This document shows, in pieces, positions 19,597 to 28,686 of a stretch of 64,000 nt of DNA; positions within the stretch are counted from its first letter, which is position 1; the number at the start of each line of letters is the position of its first letter. A program made the position numbers and the translations under genes. The notes below the pieces were generated by a model. That model was not told the DNA's origin. It was given only the letters and a program-made list of their open reading frames with translations, and did no database searches. This DNA is from Desulfosporosinus sp. (GTDB lineage: Bacteria; Campylobacterota; Campylobacteria; Campylobacterales; Arcobacteraceae): positions 7,837 through 71,836 of the forward strand of contig DYPS01000002.1 in assembly GCA_020719775.1 (NCBI GenBank), read 5' to 3'.

Positions 19597-19605
19597 TGTT
19601 ATAAT
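19597..19605 (+). promoter_or_regulatory. extended -10 promoter element TGTTATAAT
   Basis: Exact TGnTATAAT match ending 5 nt before the ATG of the carbonic anhydrase gene. No SD sequence lies in between. Confidence 0.35.
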
Positions 19606-19610
19606 AAATT

Positions 19611-20261
19611 ATGGAAAAGTTAGAACAATTAATTAAAGGGAATCAAGAGTTCCAAAACTTACATTTTAAAAAATTTGAGTATCATTTTGACGAGCTTATC
19701 AACAAAGGGCAATCACCAGAAATTTTATTTATTGGATGTAGTGATAGTAGAGTTGTTCCAGATTTGATTACAGGAAGTCAACCTGGAGATCTATTTATTT
19801 TAAGAAACATAGGTAATTTTGTTCCACCTTTCAAGAAAGATAATGATTACCATGGAACAGCTGCCGCAATAGAATATGCTGTATCTATTTTGGAGGTAAA
19901 GCATATTATTGTGTGTGGACATTCTCATTGTGGAGCTTGCGAATCACTTTACAAAGAGTTACCAGATGATGATAATTTGATTCATGTGAAAAAATGGCTT
20001 GAAATCGGAAATCCTGCAAAAGTTTTTGTCGAACATAATTTTAAAGATTGTGCACTAGATGAAAAAATAAGAATTACAGAAAAAATATCTATTATGTTTC
20101 AGCTGGACAATCTACTAAGTTATCCAGCTGTAAAAAGAAGAATAGAAGATGGTCTGCTTGTGATTCATGGATGGTACTACGAACTACAAAGTGGTAAAAT
20201 AAAATATTTTGATTCATCATCTATGGAATTCAAAGAATTAAGTCAAGAAAATAATCAATAA
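19611..20261 (+). CDS. beta-class carbonic anhydrase
   Basis: CSDSRV and GHSHCGAC zinc-ligand motifs; 216 aa. Confidence 0.9.
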   Translation: MEKLEQLIKGNQEFQNLHFKKFEYHFDELINKGQSPEILFIGCSDSRVVPDLITGSQPGDLFILRNIGNFVPPFKKDNDYHGTAAAIEYAVSILEVKHIIVCGHSHCGACESLYKELPDDDNLIHVKKWLEIGNPAKVFVEHNFKDCALDEKIRITEKISIMFQLDNLLSYPAVKRRIEDGLLVIHGWYYELQSGKIKYFDSSSMEFKELSQENNQ

Positions 20262-20289
20262 CAATTCTGTATTAGTCAGAGCTACTTCA

Positions 20290-21471
20290 CTAAACTTTTA
20301 AAATAATTCCACTTAAATAATTTGAATTTGGAATATTTAAAATATATGGATGATCACTATCCGCTCTTAAAATTTCCAAAACTTCTACCATTTTACCACT
20401 ATTTTTTGAAGCATCAAGCGAAATATCCAAAAGTTCATTTATTCCAATATGATGTGAACAAGAAAAAATAGCTACTATTCCGTCTTCTTTTAAAAGTTTT
20501 AATCCACTCGAAAGGAGAAATTTCATCCCTTTTATCGCACCAAAAGACTCTTTCTTTGTTTTTGCAAATGGTGGTGGATCAAGCACTAAAACATTATATA
20601 AATTTGGTGTAGTAATCTCATTGGTGATAAAATCAAAAGCATCTTGTTTTGTTACAATTGCCTCTTTTCCATTGAGTGTGATATTGTGAGTTACTTGTGA
20701 GATTGCATTTGGAGAAATATCTACAAAATGGACATTTGCACCATTTTTAAGTCCATAAAGTCCAAATCCTCCAGCATTACAAAATACATCAAGAACATCA
20801 TCCCCCTCTTTCATATATTCCCCTACTATCTCCCTGTTTTTTCTCTGATCGAGATAAAAACCTGTTTTTTGCCCTTCAATTAAACTCATTGAAAATTTGA
20901 TACCATTTTCAATTATCTCAATATTCTGTGCCACTTCCCCAAAAATAACCTCATTTTTAGTTTCAAGACCCTCAATTTTTCGAACTCTACTTTCAGATTT
21001 ATCAAATATTCCAATAGGATGTAGATGTTTAATCAGAAGTGATAAGATAAGTTCTCGATATTTTTCTATTCCAAAACTATTAAACTGAACACCCAAATAA
21101 CCGTTATAAAAATCAACGATAAGTGCAGGAAGCAAGTCCGCTTCACTATGAATAAGTCGATAAGCATTTGATTTTACTTTGAGGTGTTTTCTTTTTGCTA
21201 TCGCTTTTATAATTCTTTTTTCAAAAAAAGCTTCGTTGATAGGTTCATCTTGAAAACTAAGTACTCGAATCGTTATCTCGCTATTATAATTAAAATACCC
21301 AATTCCCATAAATCCGCCATTTTGATCTTTTATCTGAATAAGTTCACCACTTTCTATATGTGCTACATCATTCACTATCTCATTTTTATATACCCAAGTA
21401 TAAAATTTTTCTAATTTTTCTTTTGATTCTTTATTTATTACTACTTTTTTAAAATTACTCATATTTCTCAT
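20290..21471 (-). CDS. class I SAM-dependent 23S rRNA (cytosine-C5) methyltransferase, RlmI-like (PUA + MTase)
   Basis: 393 aa with an N-terminal PUA-like region, the SAM-binding motif VLDVFCNAGGFG and LDPPPFAKTKK. Confidence 0.8.
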   Translation of the reverse strand: MRNMSNFKKVVINKESKEKLEKFYTWVYKNEIVNDVAHIESGELIQIKDQNGGFMGIGYFNYNSEITIRVLSFQDEPINEAFFEKRIIKAIAKRKHLKVKSNAYRLIHSEADLLPALIVDFYNGYLGVQFNSFGIEKYRELILSLLIKHLHPIGIFDKSESRVRKIEGLETKNEVIFGEVAQNIEIIENGIKFSMSLIEGQKTGFYLDQRKNREIVGEYMKEGDDVLDVFCNAGGFGLYGLKNGANVHFVDISPNAISQVTHNITLNGKEAIVTKQDAFDFITNEITTPNLYNVLVLDPPPFAKTKKESFGAIKGMKFLLSSGLKLLKEDGIVAIFSCSHHIGINELLDISLDASKNSGKMVEVLEILRADSDHPYILNIPNSNYLSGIILKV

Positions 21472-21719
21472 CTTTTTATTTTTTCTTATTGTACTTTAGC
21501 TTCGATAAAAAAGATATTTTTAATAAAATCCAACTACCATTTGGCAATATTTTTATAAAGATTTTCGATACGAAAAGAAATAATATTTTCTTTAAAATAA
21601 GAATATTTTTTTATTTACTCTGTGGCTTTAATGGTGTATCTTTAGAATTTGCGAGCACTATGAAATATTAAACTAATTATGATGAAGCGATAATTGACAG
21701 TAAAAAATACAATTAAAAC

Positions 21720-23327
21720 TTAACTTTTACTGACATTTAAGTGAAAAGTTTTTTCATAGTGGACAGTAAATCTATCGATATGTTTACTGATTCTGCTGAG
21801 CCACTTGATACCATTTAAGATTTTCATCCCTTTGCTGTTACTTAGAGTGTTTTTAGCCATATTGACAATAATAGTATCCCTTAGAGAAGATAGTTCTCTA
21901 TCGATCTCTTTTGTTGTTTCCAAAGAAAGCTTCGATGTTTGATAAAAATTATTCTCAGAAAAGTTCTTTATAATCATTTTAATCTGCTTTATTATCATAG
22001 CTTTACTTTTTGAAAGTTCTTCAAAATTTACAATTGAGATATTTGTTTTTTCTATCTCTTCACACTTATCAAGAAGTCTTTCAAGATGATTAAGACAATG
22101 CAATAACGAAATAAGCTCTTCCCATTTCTTTTCTTTTTCGTCTATAAATGAAATTTTATCTATATAAATTTGAAGTTGATCTATATTTTTTTGCAAAATA
22201 TCAAGATGGATAGTTTTTTCTTTTGTACTATTTAGCACCTCTTCAATAAAAAATAAAGAAGCTATAAATGTTTTCTGCAATGCTTGTTGAGAGGATATAA
22301 TCGCTAATTTTGGCTCTTTTTTTGGTAATTCATCATCGAATTCAAAAAGATACCTATCATTATTTGAGGGGATAAGTTTTTTAATCAAAACAGCAAATCT
22401 ATTTGTAAAAGGCAAAACAATGAGAATACTACAAAGATTAAAAAAAGTATGAAATGCAACCAAAGCTATTTCGGCATTTTCAATTAACGGATAATGCTCC
22501 AAATAAGTATTCCAAAAATAAACATACGGAGTGATAATCAAAAAAGCAAATAATCCACCAAAAAGGTTGTAAATAACATGTGCAAATCCTGTTCTCTTTG
22601 TATCTGTGCTCCCGCCAATTGTTGCTAGCATAGCTGTTCCTGTCGTACCAATATCCATACCTATCACTAATGCTGCTGCTTGCTCAAAAGAGATCATGTG
22701 AGCAAATAACATACTTAAAGTAGCAGCAACCCCGGCACTTGAAGATTGAGCAATAAGTGTCACCAATATCCCTAAAGCAACCAGTTCAAGTCGCCCAATA
22801 ATACTATCACTTGGAAAATAATCAGGAGTAATAATCCCCTCAAAACCTTTCATCCCAGCTTGCATAAAAGTGATTGCTAAAAAAATAAGCCCAAAACCAG
22901 CTATTGTGTACCCGATAGTTGCAATTGTGTTTTTAAAAAAAAGTTTTAGAATCATTCCGAAAAAAATAAGTGGTAAAACGATTTCAGCCAGATTAAATTT
23001 AAATCCAAAAAGCACCACCAACCATCCAGTAAATGTAGTACCAACATTTGCACCCAAGATAATCCCAATCGTTTCTTTAAACTGCATCAAACCAACACTA
23101 ACGAAACCAACAGCAGCGACTATTGTAGCACTTGAAGACTGAAGCATTATTGTAGTAAACATACCAGTTATTGCTCCAGAAGTTGGAGTTTTTGTAAAAT
23201 TCATAAGTGCTGTTCGCATACGATTTCCAGCTAAAAACTTTAACCCATCAGTCATAATAACGATACCAAGAAGGAAAAGTCCTACACCTCCCATAACTTG
23301 AAAAAAATGCTCTAAATTAGTTTCCAT
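21720..23327 (-). CDS. Na/Pi cotransporter family protein with PhoU-like C-terminal domain
   Basis: 535 aa. Duplicated Na_Pi_cotrans repeats (QSSSATIV, AQSSSAGVA, GANVGTT/GMDIGTT) followed by a helical cytoplasmic tail. Confidence 0.8.
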   Translation of the reverse strand: METNLEHFFQVMGGVGLFLLGIVIMTDGLKFLAGNRMRTALMNFTKTPTSGAITGMFTTIMLQSSSATIVAAVGFVSVGLMQFKETIGIILGANVGTTFTGWLVVLFGFKFNLAEIVLPLIFFGMILKLFFKNTIATIGYTIAGFGLIFLAITFMQAGMKGFEGIITPDYFPSDSIIGRLELVALGILVTLIAQSSSAGVAATLSMLFAHMISFEQAAALVIGMDIGTTGTAMLATIGGSTDTKRTGFAHVIYNLFGGLFAFLIITPYVYFWNTYLEHYPLIENAEIALVAFHTFFNLCSILIVLPFTNRFAVLIKKLIPSNNDRYLFEFDDELPKKEPKLAIISSQQALQKTFIASLFFIEEVLNSTKEKTIHLDILQKNIDQLQIYIDKISFIDEKEKKWEELISLLHCLNHLERLLDKCEEIEKTNISIVNFEELSKSKAMIIKQIKMIIKNFSENNFYQTSKLSLETTKEIDRELSSLRDTIIVNMAKNTLSNSKGMKILNGIKWLSRISKHIDRFTVHYEKTFHLNVSKS

Positions 23328-23377
23328 ATATCAGCCTTTATGTGGTCCTATGATTGATTTAAGATCTTAAAAATACC

Positions 23378-24409
23378 TTAAAGTATTATGGCACCCTCTT
23401 TTTTTAAAACAACTGTATCTTCAATCCGTACACCAAACTCATTTGGCAAATAGATTCCTGGTTCGATTGTAAAAACCATATTTTCTTCTAGAATAAAATC
23501 ACTCCGCGCGGAGATATTTGGATACTCGTGAATATCAAGTCCGACACCATGTCCAGTACTATGGACAAAATATTTGCCATATCCAGCTTTTTCGATAATC
23601 TCCCGTCCGATACTATCGAGTTTAGATGCTTTCATCCCAAGTTTTGCTTTTTTGATAGCTGTTTGTTGAGCTTTAAGAACAATATCATATACCTTTTGTT
23701 GTTCGTATTTTGAAAATCTTTGCTCTCTTTGGTAAATATCAAGTTTGGAATAATCATTTCCAAAAGTAACTGTTCTATCACTACAATATCTCTCAAATTT
23801 TATTCCGCCATCAAACAAAATCAAATCATCCTCTTGATAGATTTTGGAAGTTGGCACAGCATGAGGTTTTGCACTATTTTCATTGATTGCGATAATTGGA
23901 CTAAAGCTCAAATCATAGTTTCCATTCTGACTTAAAAAAGTTTGAGCCATATAAGCCAAATATTGCTCCGATTTCCAAAAACCATCCTTTGCTACATACT
24001 CAGCAAATTTAACAAATCCATCTCTTCCAAGCTCCATAGCTTTTTGGATAAGTTGGATTTCATCCTCTGTTTTGATGATTCTTTTATGTTTTGAAAAATT
24101 TGGCTTTTGGATAAATTTGATATCTAATTTTAAAGAGAGAGTTTCAAATGTAGCTACACTAAAATCGTTTGGATCAAAGTGTATTTTTTTGATTTTTGAT
24201 TTTTTAAGAACTCTTCTGGTCTCTTTTAGAAGGTCATTTGAGATAATTATTTCACTATTGTTTTTAATATTTTCTTTTGCATCAACGGTATATCTTCCAT
24301 CTGTGATAAAAAAAGTTTCACTTCCAAGTGAGATATAGATTGCATTATCACAACTATATCCACACTCAAAATAGATACCATTCTCGTTTTGTAAAATAAA
24401 ATTTTTCAC
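23378..24409 (-). CDS. M24 family Xaa-Pro aminopeptidase/dipeptidase
   Basis: HSTGHGVGLDIHE, FTIEPGIY and RIEDTV metal-ligand motifs; 343 aa. Confidence 0.85.
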   Translation of the reverse strand: MKNFILQNENGIYFECGYSCDNAIYISLGSETFFITDGRYTVDAKENIKNNSEIIISNDLLKETRRVLKKSKIKKIHFDPNDFSVATFETLSLKLDIKFIQKPNFSKHKRIIKTEDEIQLIQKAMELGRDGFVKFAEYVAKDGFWKSEQYLAYMAQTFLSQNGNYDLSFSPIIAINENSAKPHAVPTSKIYQEDDLILFDGGIKFERYCSDRTVTFGNDYSKLDIYQREQRFSKYEQQKVYDIVLKAQQTAIKKAKLGMKASKLDSIGREIIEKAGYGKYFVHSTGHGVGLDIHEYPNISARSDFILEENMVFTIEPGIYLPNEFGVRIEDTVVLKKEGAIIL

Positions 24410-24410
24410 T

Positions 24411-25598
24411 TTAGTGTAGTTCTGAGTTCAACTTCACTTCTCTTGTACTTCTTGTAACTATATATTGACCAGTTTGTGAATCTTGTCTAAAATGTAACCC
24501 ATTAAGTCCTGCTAATTGTGAAGCTTTCATAATATTTGAAAGTTTCGCTTCTGGATTTGCAGCATTTATTTTTACAATCTGATCATCGCTTAAATATACT
24601 TTTGTACCCGCAAAAATAGCCAAACCACCATCAACAATACAAGCATCACCAAGAGGAATTCCTGTAGTTGAATTTGCACCTAGAAGTGTATTTTCACCAA
24701 TACTAATAGGATTTCCATCTGTTCCACTTAAAACTCCTAAAATTGAAGCTCCTCCACCAACGTCACTTCCAGCACCAACGATTGCCGAACTTGAGATTCT
24801 TCCCTCGACCATTACAGCACCAAGTGTTCCTGCATTGAAGTTGATATAACTAGCTCCTGGCATAACAGTTGTTCCAGCTGCTAATTGTGCTCCAAATCTT
24901 ACTTTACTTGAGTCTAAAATTCTTGTGTTATCAGCGGGGATTATATGTCCTAAGAATCTTGGGAATTTATCAATAAAGTCAACAATAGGATATTTTCCGC
25001 TAATTTTTAATGACAATTCATTTTCTCTTAACCAATCAAGTTCAATTGGAGTATTTCCACTCCAAGCTACATTTGTAAGTTTTCCAAATGCTCCATTGAG
25101 ATTCAAGCTTCTAAGAGCGGCTTTCCCCGTACTTAATGCATATAATTTTAAATAAACACTCTCAACACTTTCAGGGGCAGTGTCTTCAAAGATAAATACA
25201 ACTTTAAAATCTTCTTCACTGAAACCTAAATCAGAATCTAGTGCCGAAAGTTGCATAATTAATTGTACATTTTTATGTGCATCGCCTTTAGATTCAGGAA
25301 TAAATGGTCTAAATGTTTCCATACAAGATGTCAAAAAATCTTCGCTTATTGGACAAACTAATTCATTTTTTGTTGTATCTATTTCGGCTCCAGCATTTTT
25401 CAAAGCGTTCATAAAAACTGCAGCTGAACCAAAATTTTCATTCCAGTTTATAACTGGAAATGTTGCTTGCAGTGTTTTATCTAAATTCAATTGCCCTCTG
25501 TCTATTCGAGCTATACCGAAACCGATTGGATTTTTGTACCATGAAGATGATTGTATCTCTTTAACTTTTATCGTAAATTCTTCTTTTGTAAATACCAT
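24411..25598 (-). CDS. dapD: 2,3,4,5-tetrahydropyridine-2,6-dicarboxylate N-succinyltransferase, long form
   Basis: 395 aa. The C-terminal left-handed beta-helix carries hexapeptide repeats (GASYINFNAGTLGAVMVEGRISSSAIVGAGSDVGGGASILG). Length and architecture match the long DapD of Campylobacterota. Confidence 0.7.
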   Translation of the reverse strand: MVFTKEEFTIKVKEIQSSSWYKNPIGFGIARIDRGQLNLDKTLQATFPVINWNENFGSAAVFMNALKNAGAEIDTTKNELVCPISEDFLTSCMETFRPFIPESKGDAHKNVQLIMQLSALDSDLGFSEEDFKVVFIFEDTAPESVESVYLKLYALSTGKAALRSLNLNGAFGKLTNVAWSGNTPIELDWLRENELSLKISGKYPIVDFIDKFPRFLGHIIPADNTRILDSSKVRFGAQLAAGTTVMPGASYINFNAGTLGAVMVEGRISSSAIVGAGSDVGGGASILGVLSGTDGNPISIGENTLLGANSTTGIPLGDACIVDGGLAIFAGTKVYLSDDQIVKINAANPEAKLSNIMKASQLAGLNGLHFRQDSQTGQYIVTRSTREVKLNSELH

Positions 25599-25733
25599 AA
25601 TTTTTATTCCTTACTTTTGCTATATTTTTTTTGAATTCTACTCAAAAACTGTTTTTATTTTGATTATAAGAAAAAACTTATCTTATTATCTTATTTTAAA
25701 GTTTATAAGATATAATTTCAATTCTAAAAAGAT

Positions 25734-25810
25734 GCGTCCATGGCTTAACTGGATATAGCACTGGGTTTCGGCCCCGGTGGTTGAGGGTTCGAATCCTTCT
25801 GGGCGTACCA
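25734..25810 (+). tRNA. tRNA-Arg (anticodon TCG), CCA encoded
   Basis: GCGTCCA..CTGGG TTTCGGC CCCGG..GAGGG TTCGAAT CCTTC TGGGCGT A CCA gives a cloverleaf with a 7-nt anticodon loop (U33, TCG, G37). A TATAAT box lies about 20 nt upstream. Confidence 0.75.
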
Positions 25811-25947
25811 TTATAAAAACACTTATCTCCTCATACTTTCTAATAATAAAATCATTTACTTAAAATTTCATATAAATTAATTTGCTACACTATTACCAAC
25901 CACTACTTGTAGATAGATGTGCGAATTAACATTGTCTTGAAATTTTA

Positions 25948-26799
25948 TTATTCACTTGGTAGTGGCTCTAATTCTGGAGATTTTTGTTCCATTATCTCTT
26001 CTTTAATCTCTTCTTTAATCTCTAGAGTTGATGATACACTATCATCTTCCTCTAAAAGATCACCTATATCAATTTTCTCTGGTTGCATAATTTCCCTAAA
26101 GTCAGGTATAACTAACCCTCTTTTTAACATTATTTTATACAGACGATTTGCTTTTTTAAGGACAATTTTTTGCTTTCCAATTGGATTGTAAATAATTGGA
26201 TTTGGTAGTACAGAAGCCAATTTTGCAGCTTCCATAGCTGTTAAATTTTTAGCACTTTTATGAAAATAATGTCTTGCTGCTGCTTCAATTCCGAATATTC
26301 CATCCCCCCACTCTGCGATATTCAAATAAAGTTCAATTATTCTTCTTTTTGAAATCGTCTTCTCTATTCTATATGTTAAAATTGCTTCTTTTATTTTTCT
26401 TATAGGATTTTTGCTAGGTGTAAGATAGAGATTTTTCGACAACTGCTGCGAAATTGTACTCCCTCCAGCACTAAATTTACCATCTTTAATATTTCTTTCG
26501 AAAGCATCTTCCAATCCTTCTGCATCAAATCCATCATGATTCCAGAATTTATCGTCTTCACTTATCAATACGGCTTTTATAACATACGGGGAAATCTGTT
26601 TGAGCTTAACCCATTTGTGTTTTATTTTTTTATCTCTCCCCTCTTCTCTCCATTGTTCTGCTCTGTATTCCATAAATGCAGATGGAATCGGATTGGTTTT
26701 TTTAAGTTCACTTACCTTTGGGATAAAAGCATATCTTCCAATATCCAAAACAAGAAATATTCCTACTATTAAAATGCTATATTTAAATATTTTTTTCAA
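25948..26799 (-). CDS. mtgA: monofunctional peptidoglycan glycosyltransferase (GT51) with acidic C-terminal tail
   Basis: N-terminal TM segment, then EDDKFWNHDGFD, GGSTISQQL and RKIKEA motifs of GT51 transglycosylases. There is no transpeptidase domain. Confidence 0.85.
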   Translation of the reverse strand: MKKIFKYSILIVGIFLVLDIGRYAFIPKVSELKKTNPIPSAFMEYRAEQWREEGRDKKIKHKWVKLKQISPYVIKAVLISEDDKFWNHDGFDAEGLEDAFERNIKDGKFSAGGSTISQQLSKNLYLTPSKNPIRKIKEAILTYRIEKTISKRRIIELYLNIAEWGDGIFGIEAAARHYFHKSAKNLTAMEAAKLASVLPNPIIYNPIGKQKIVLKKANRLYKIMLKRGLVIPDFREIMQPEKIDIGDLLEEDDSVSSTLEIKEEIKEEIMEQKSPELEPLPSE

Positions 26800-26924
26800 T
26801 ATTATCGCCTTTTGTTTTTAAATTGAGAAAAGATGATATCAAAATATCACTTTATACTACAATATAACGAACTCGTTAGCAATTTTATAGTAGAATTTTC
26901 GTCATAAAAAAACTAGGAATAAAT

Positions 26925-27545
26925 ATGGAATTTTTCAACGAAAACATTATTTTTTATATCGTTGCTTACTTGGTAGGCTCTATCCCTTTTGGGCTTATTT
27001 TGGCTAAAAAATTTGCAGGAGTAAATGTACAAGAGAGTGGAAGTAAAAGTATTGGAGCTACAAATGTTCTAAGAGTTGTAAAGGAAAAAGATCCAGTTCT
27101 TGCTAAAAAACTTGGTATTGCAACTGTTTTGCTTGATGCTATTAAAGGGACAGCCGTACTTTTGGTGGCAATCGCTATGGGCTTATCAAATGAAACACTT
27201 TGGGGGATAGCAGTTTTGGCCGTACTTGGACATTGTTACAGTATCTATCTAAATTTTGAAGGTGGAAAAGGTGTAGCTACTGGGCTTGGTGTATTTATTG
27301 TCCTTATACCGATTCCTACAATTATAGGTGCTATAGTTTGGGGATTTTGTGCAAAGGTTCTCAAAATATCTTCTTTATCTTCACTTCTTGGACTTGTAAG
27401 TGTTGTGATTGGAGCAGTTGTTCTAAATAATGGTGTTGGCGTTGATTCAAATGCTCCTGTGTATCTTATTGCATTTATTATACTTTATAAACATATTCCG
27501 AATATCATAAGGTTAATCAAAAGGGAAGAGGAAAAAGTTGCTTAA
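26925..27545 (+). CDS. plsY: glycerol-3-phosphate acyltransferase PlsY
   Basis: GSIPFG, GSKSIGATNVLR and GGKGVATG motifs; 206-aa membrane protein. Confidence 0.92.
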   Translation: MEFFNENIIFYIVAYLVGSIPFGLILAKKFAGVNVQESGSKSIGATNVLRVVKEKDPVLAKKLGIATVLLDAIKGTAVLLVAIAMGLSNETLWGIAVLAVLGHCYSIYLNFEGGKGVATGLGVFIVLIPIPTIIGAIVWGFCAKVLKISSLSSLLGLVSVVIGAVVLNNGVGVDSNAPVYLIAFIILYKHIPNIIRLIKREEEKVA

Positions 27546-27858
27546 GGTTACCATTGAAAATCTCACATTTGATTGTATTATTGGGATACTTGAAAGCGAA
27601 CGAATAAAAGAGCAAAAAGTTGTTGTAAATCTCTCTTTTGAATATTTCTTTGATGAAGTGAAAAAAGATTTTATAGACTATGTTAAAGTTGCTTCATTAA
27701 TAGAAAATAATATGAAAGCGGGTAGATTTTTTTTGATTGAAGATGCTATTTTATTTTTAAGAAAAGAATTAAAAAATAGATTTGAACTTAAAAATCTTTG
27801 GTTAAAAATAACTAAACCAGATATTATGCCAAATTGCATAGTAAGTGTCGAAGAATAA
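27538..27858 (+). CDS. folB: dihydroneopterin aldolase
   Basis: 106 aa. ENLTFDCIIGILESERIKEQKVVVNL matches the FolB N-terminal signature. TTG start overlaps the plsY stop. Confidence 0.7.
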   Translation: MLKVTIENLTFDCIIGILESERIKEQKVVVNLSFEYFFDEVKKDFIDYVKVASLIENNMKAGRFFLIEDAILFLRKELKNRFELKNLWLKITKPDIMPNCIVSVEE

Positions 27859-27883
27859 CTAGTTATTTTTTTAAAATTTTCTT

Positions 27884-28660
27884 TTAAATTTTAAATAATC
27901 TTTTGGCATTTTCCGTAGTTATCTCTTCCACTTCTTCAATGCTCATAGCCAAAATATCGCTCACTTTTGAGGCAATATATTTTGTATAAAGCGGTTCGTT
28001 TCTTTTTCCCCTAAAAGGTTCCGGCGTAAGATATGGTGCATCGGTTTCTAAAACTAATCTATCAAGTGGAATTTTAGATAAAACATTTACTAGTTTTTTA
28101 GCATTTTTGAATGTCACTACACCACCTATACCAAAATAAAAATTTTCTTTTGCAAGACTTAAAAGTTGTTCATCAGCATTAAAACAATGCAACACCCCAC
28201 CAACAACTCCAGCATTATATTCTAACAAAATCGCTTTACTATCATTTGAAGCATCTCTTATATGAATAATAAGTGGTTTATTCCATTTTTTTGCTAATTT
28301 AATTTGTGCAATAAAAACTTCTTTTTGAAGTTGAATATTTGCTTTTTTTTCACTTTCATCTTCTGGTAATCTATAGTAGTCAAGTCCGCACTCACCAATA
28401 GCAATACATTTTGGATGATTTATATATGATTCCAAAATTATTTCAGAATATTCATCTATATGATAAGGATGAACACCCACACTAAAATAAATTTCTGGAT
28501 ATTTCTCAGCCAATACAACAGCTTTTGGCAAATCATTGATATCAGCAGCAGGTATAATTATATTTGACAACCCATCTGAAAGTGATGAAGTAATAAGTAG
28601 GTCTATATCGCTATCAAATACTGATGCATCAAGATGGCAATGGGTATCTATAATAATAAT
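27884..28660 (-). CDS. TatD family metal-dependent hydrolase/DNase (non-canonical ATT/ATA start inferred)
   Basis: The frame stays open upstream of the ORF-track TTG (28570) and encodes IIIIDTHCHLDASVF, the canonical TatD HxH motif. This is preceded by stop TAG (28661-28663) and AAGGAG (28664-28669). Downstream motifs are GECGLDY, IHIRDA and ETDAPYL. Confidence 0.85.
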   Translation of the reverse strand: MIIIDTHCHLDASVFDSDIDLLITSSLSDGLSNIIIPAADINDLPKAVVLAEKYPEIYFSVGVHPYHIDEYSEIILESYINHPKCIAIGECGLDYYRLPEDESEKKANIQLQKEVFIAQIKLAKKWNKPLIIHIRDASNDSKAILLEYNAGVVGGVLHCFNADEQLLSLAKENFYFGIGGVVTFKNAKKLVNVLSKIPLDRLVLETDAPYLTPEPFRGKRNEPLYTKYIASKVSDILAMSIEEVEEITTENAKRLFKI

Positions 28661-28686
28661 CTACTCCTTTTGTTTTTATAATAAAC

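Noticed and set aside
21472-21719. 248-nt intergenic gap between the Na/Pi cotransporter and the rlmI-like gene, considered as a possible sRNA or riboswitch locus. It contains the 60-aa ORF at 21489-21671.
   Set aside because: I could find no stable conserved-looking structure, no promoter/terminator pair and no recognisable RNA motif. The ORF starts at TTG with no RBS. The gap is probably just the rlmI promoter region.
25180-25758. 192-aa plus-strand ORF, with similar long antisense ORFs at 30315-30728, 29683-30072, 46897-47343, 10153-10518, 51204-51635, 48616-49260 and 55957-56262.
   Set aside because: All lie fully antisense to strongly supported conserved genes (dapD, modA, rrf2, carB, ftsZ, hisA, argB). 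They have Ser/Ile/Phe-rich low-complexity translations and no RBS. These are typical shadow ORFs.
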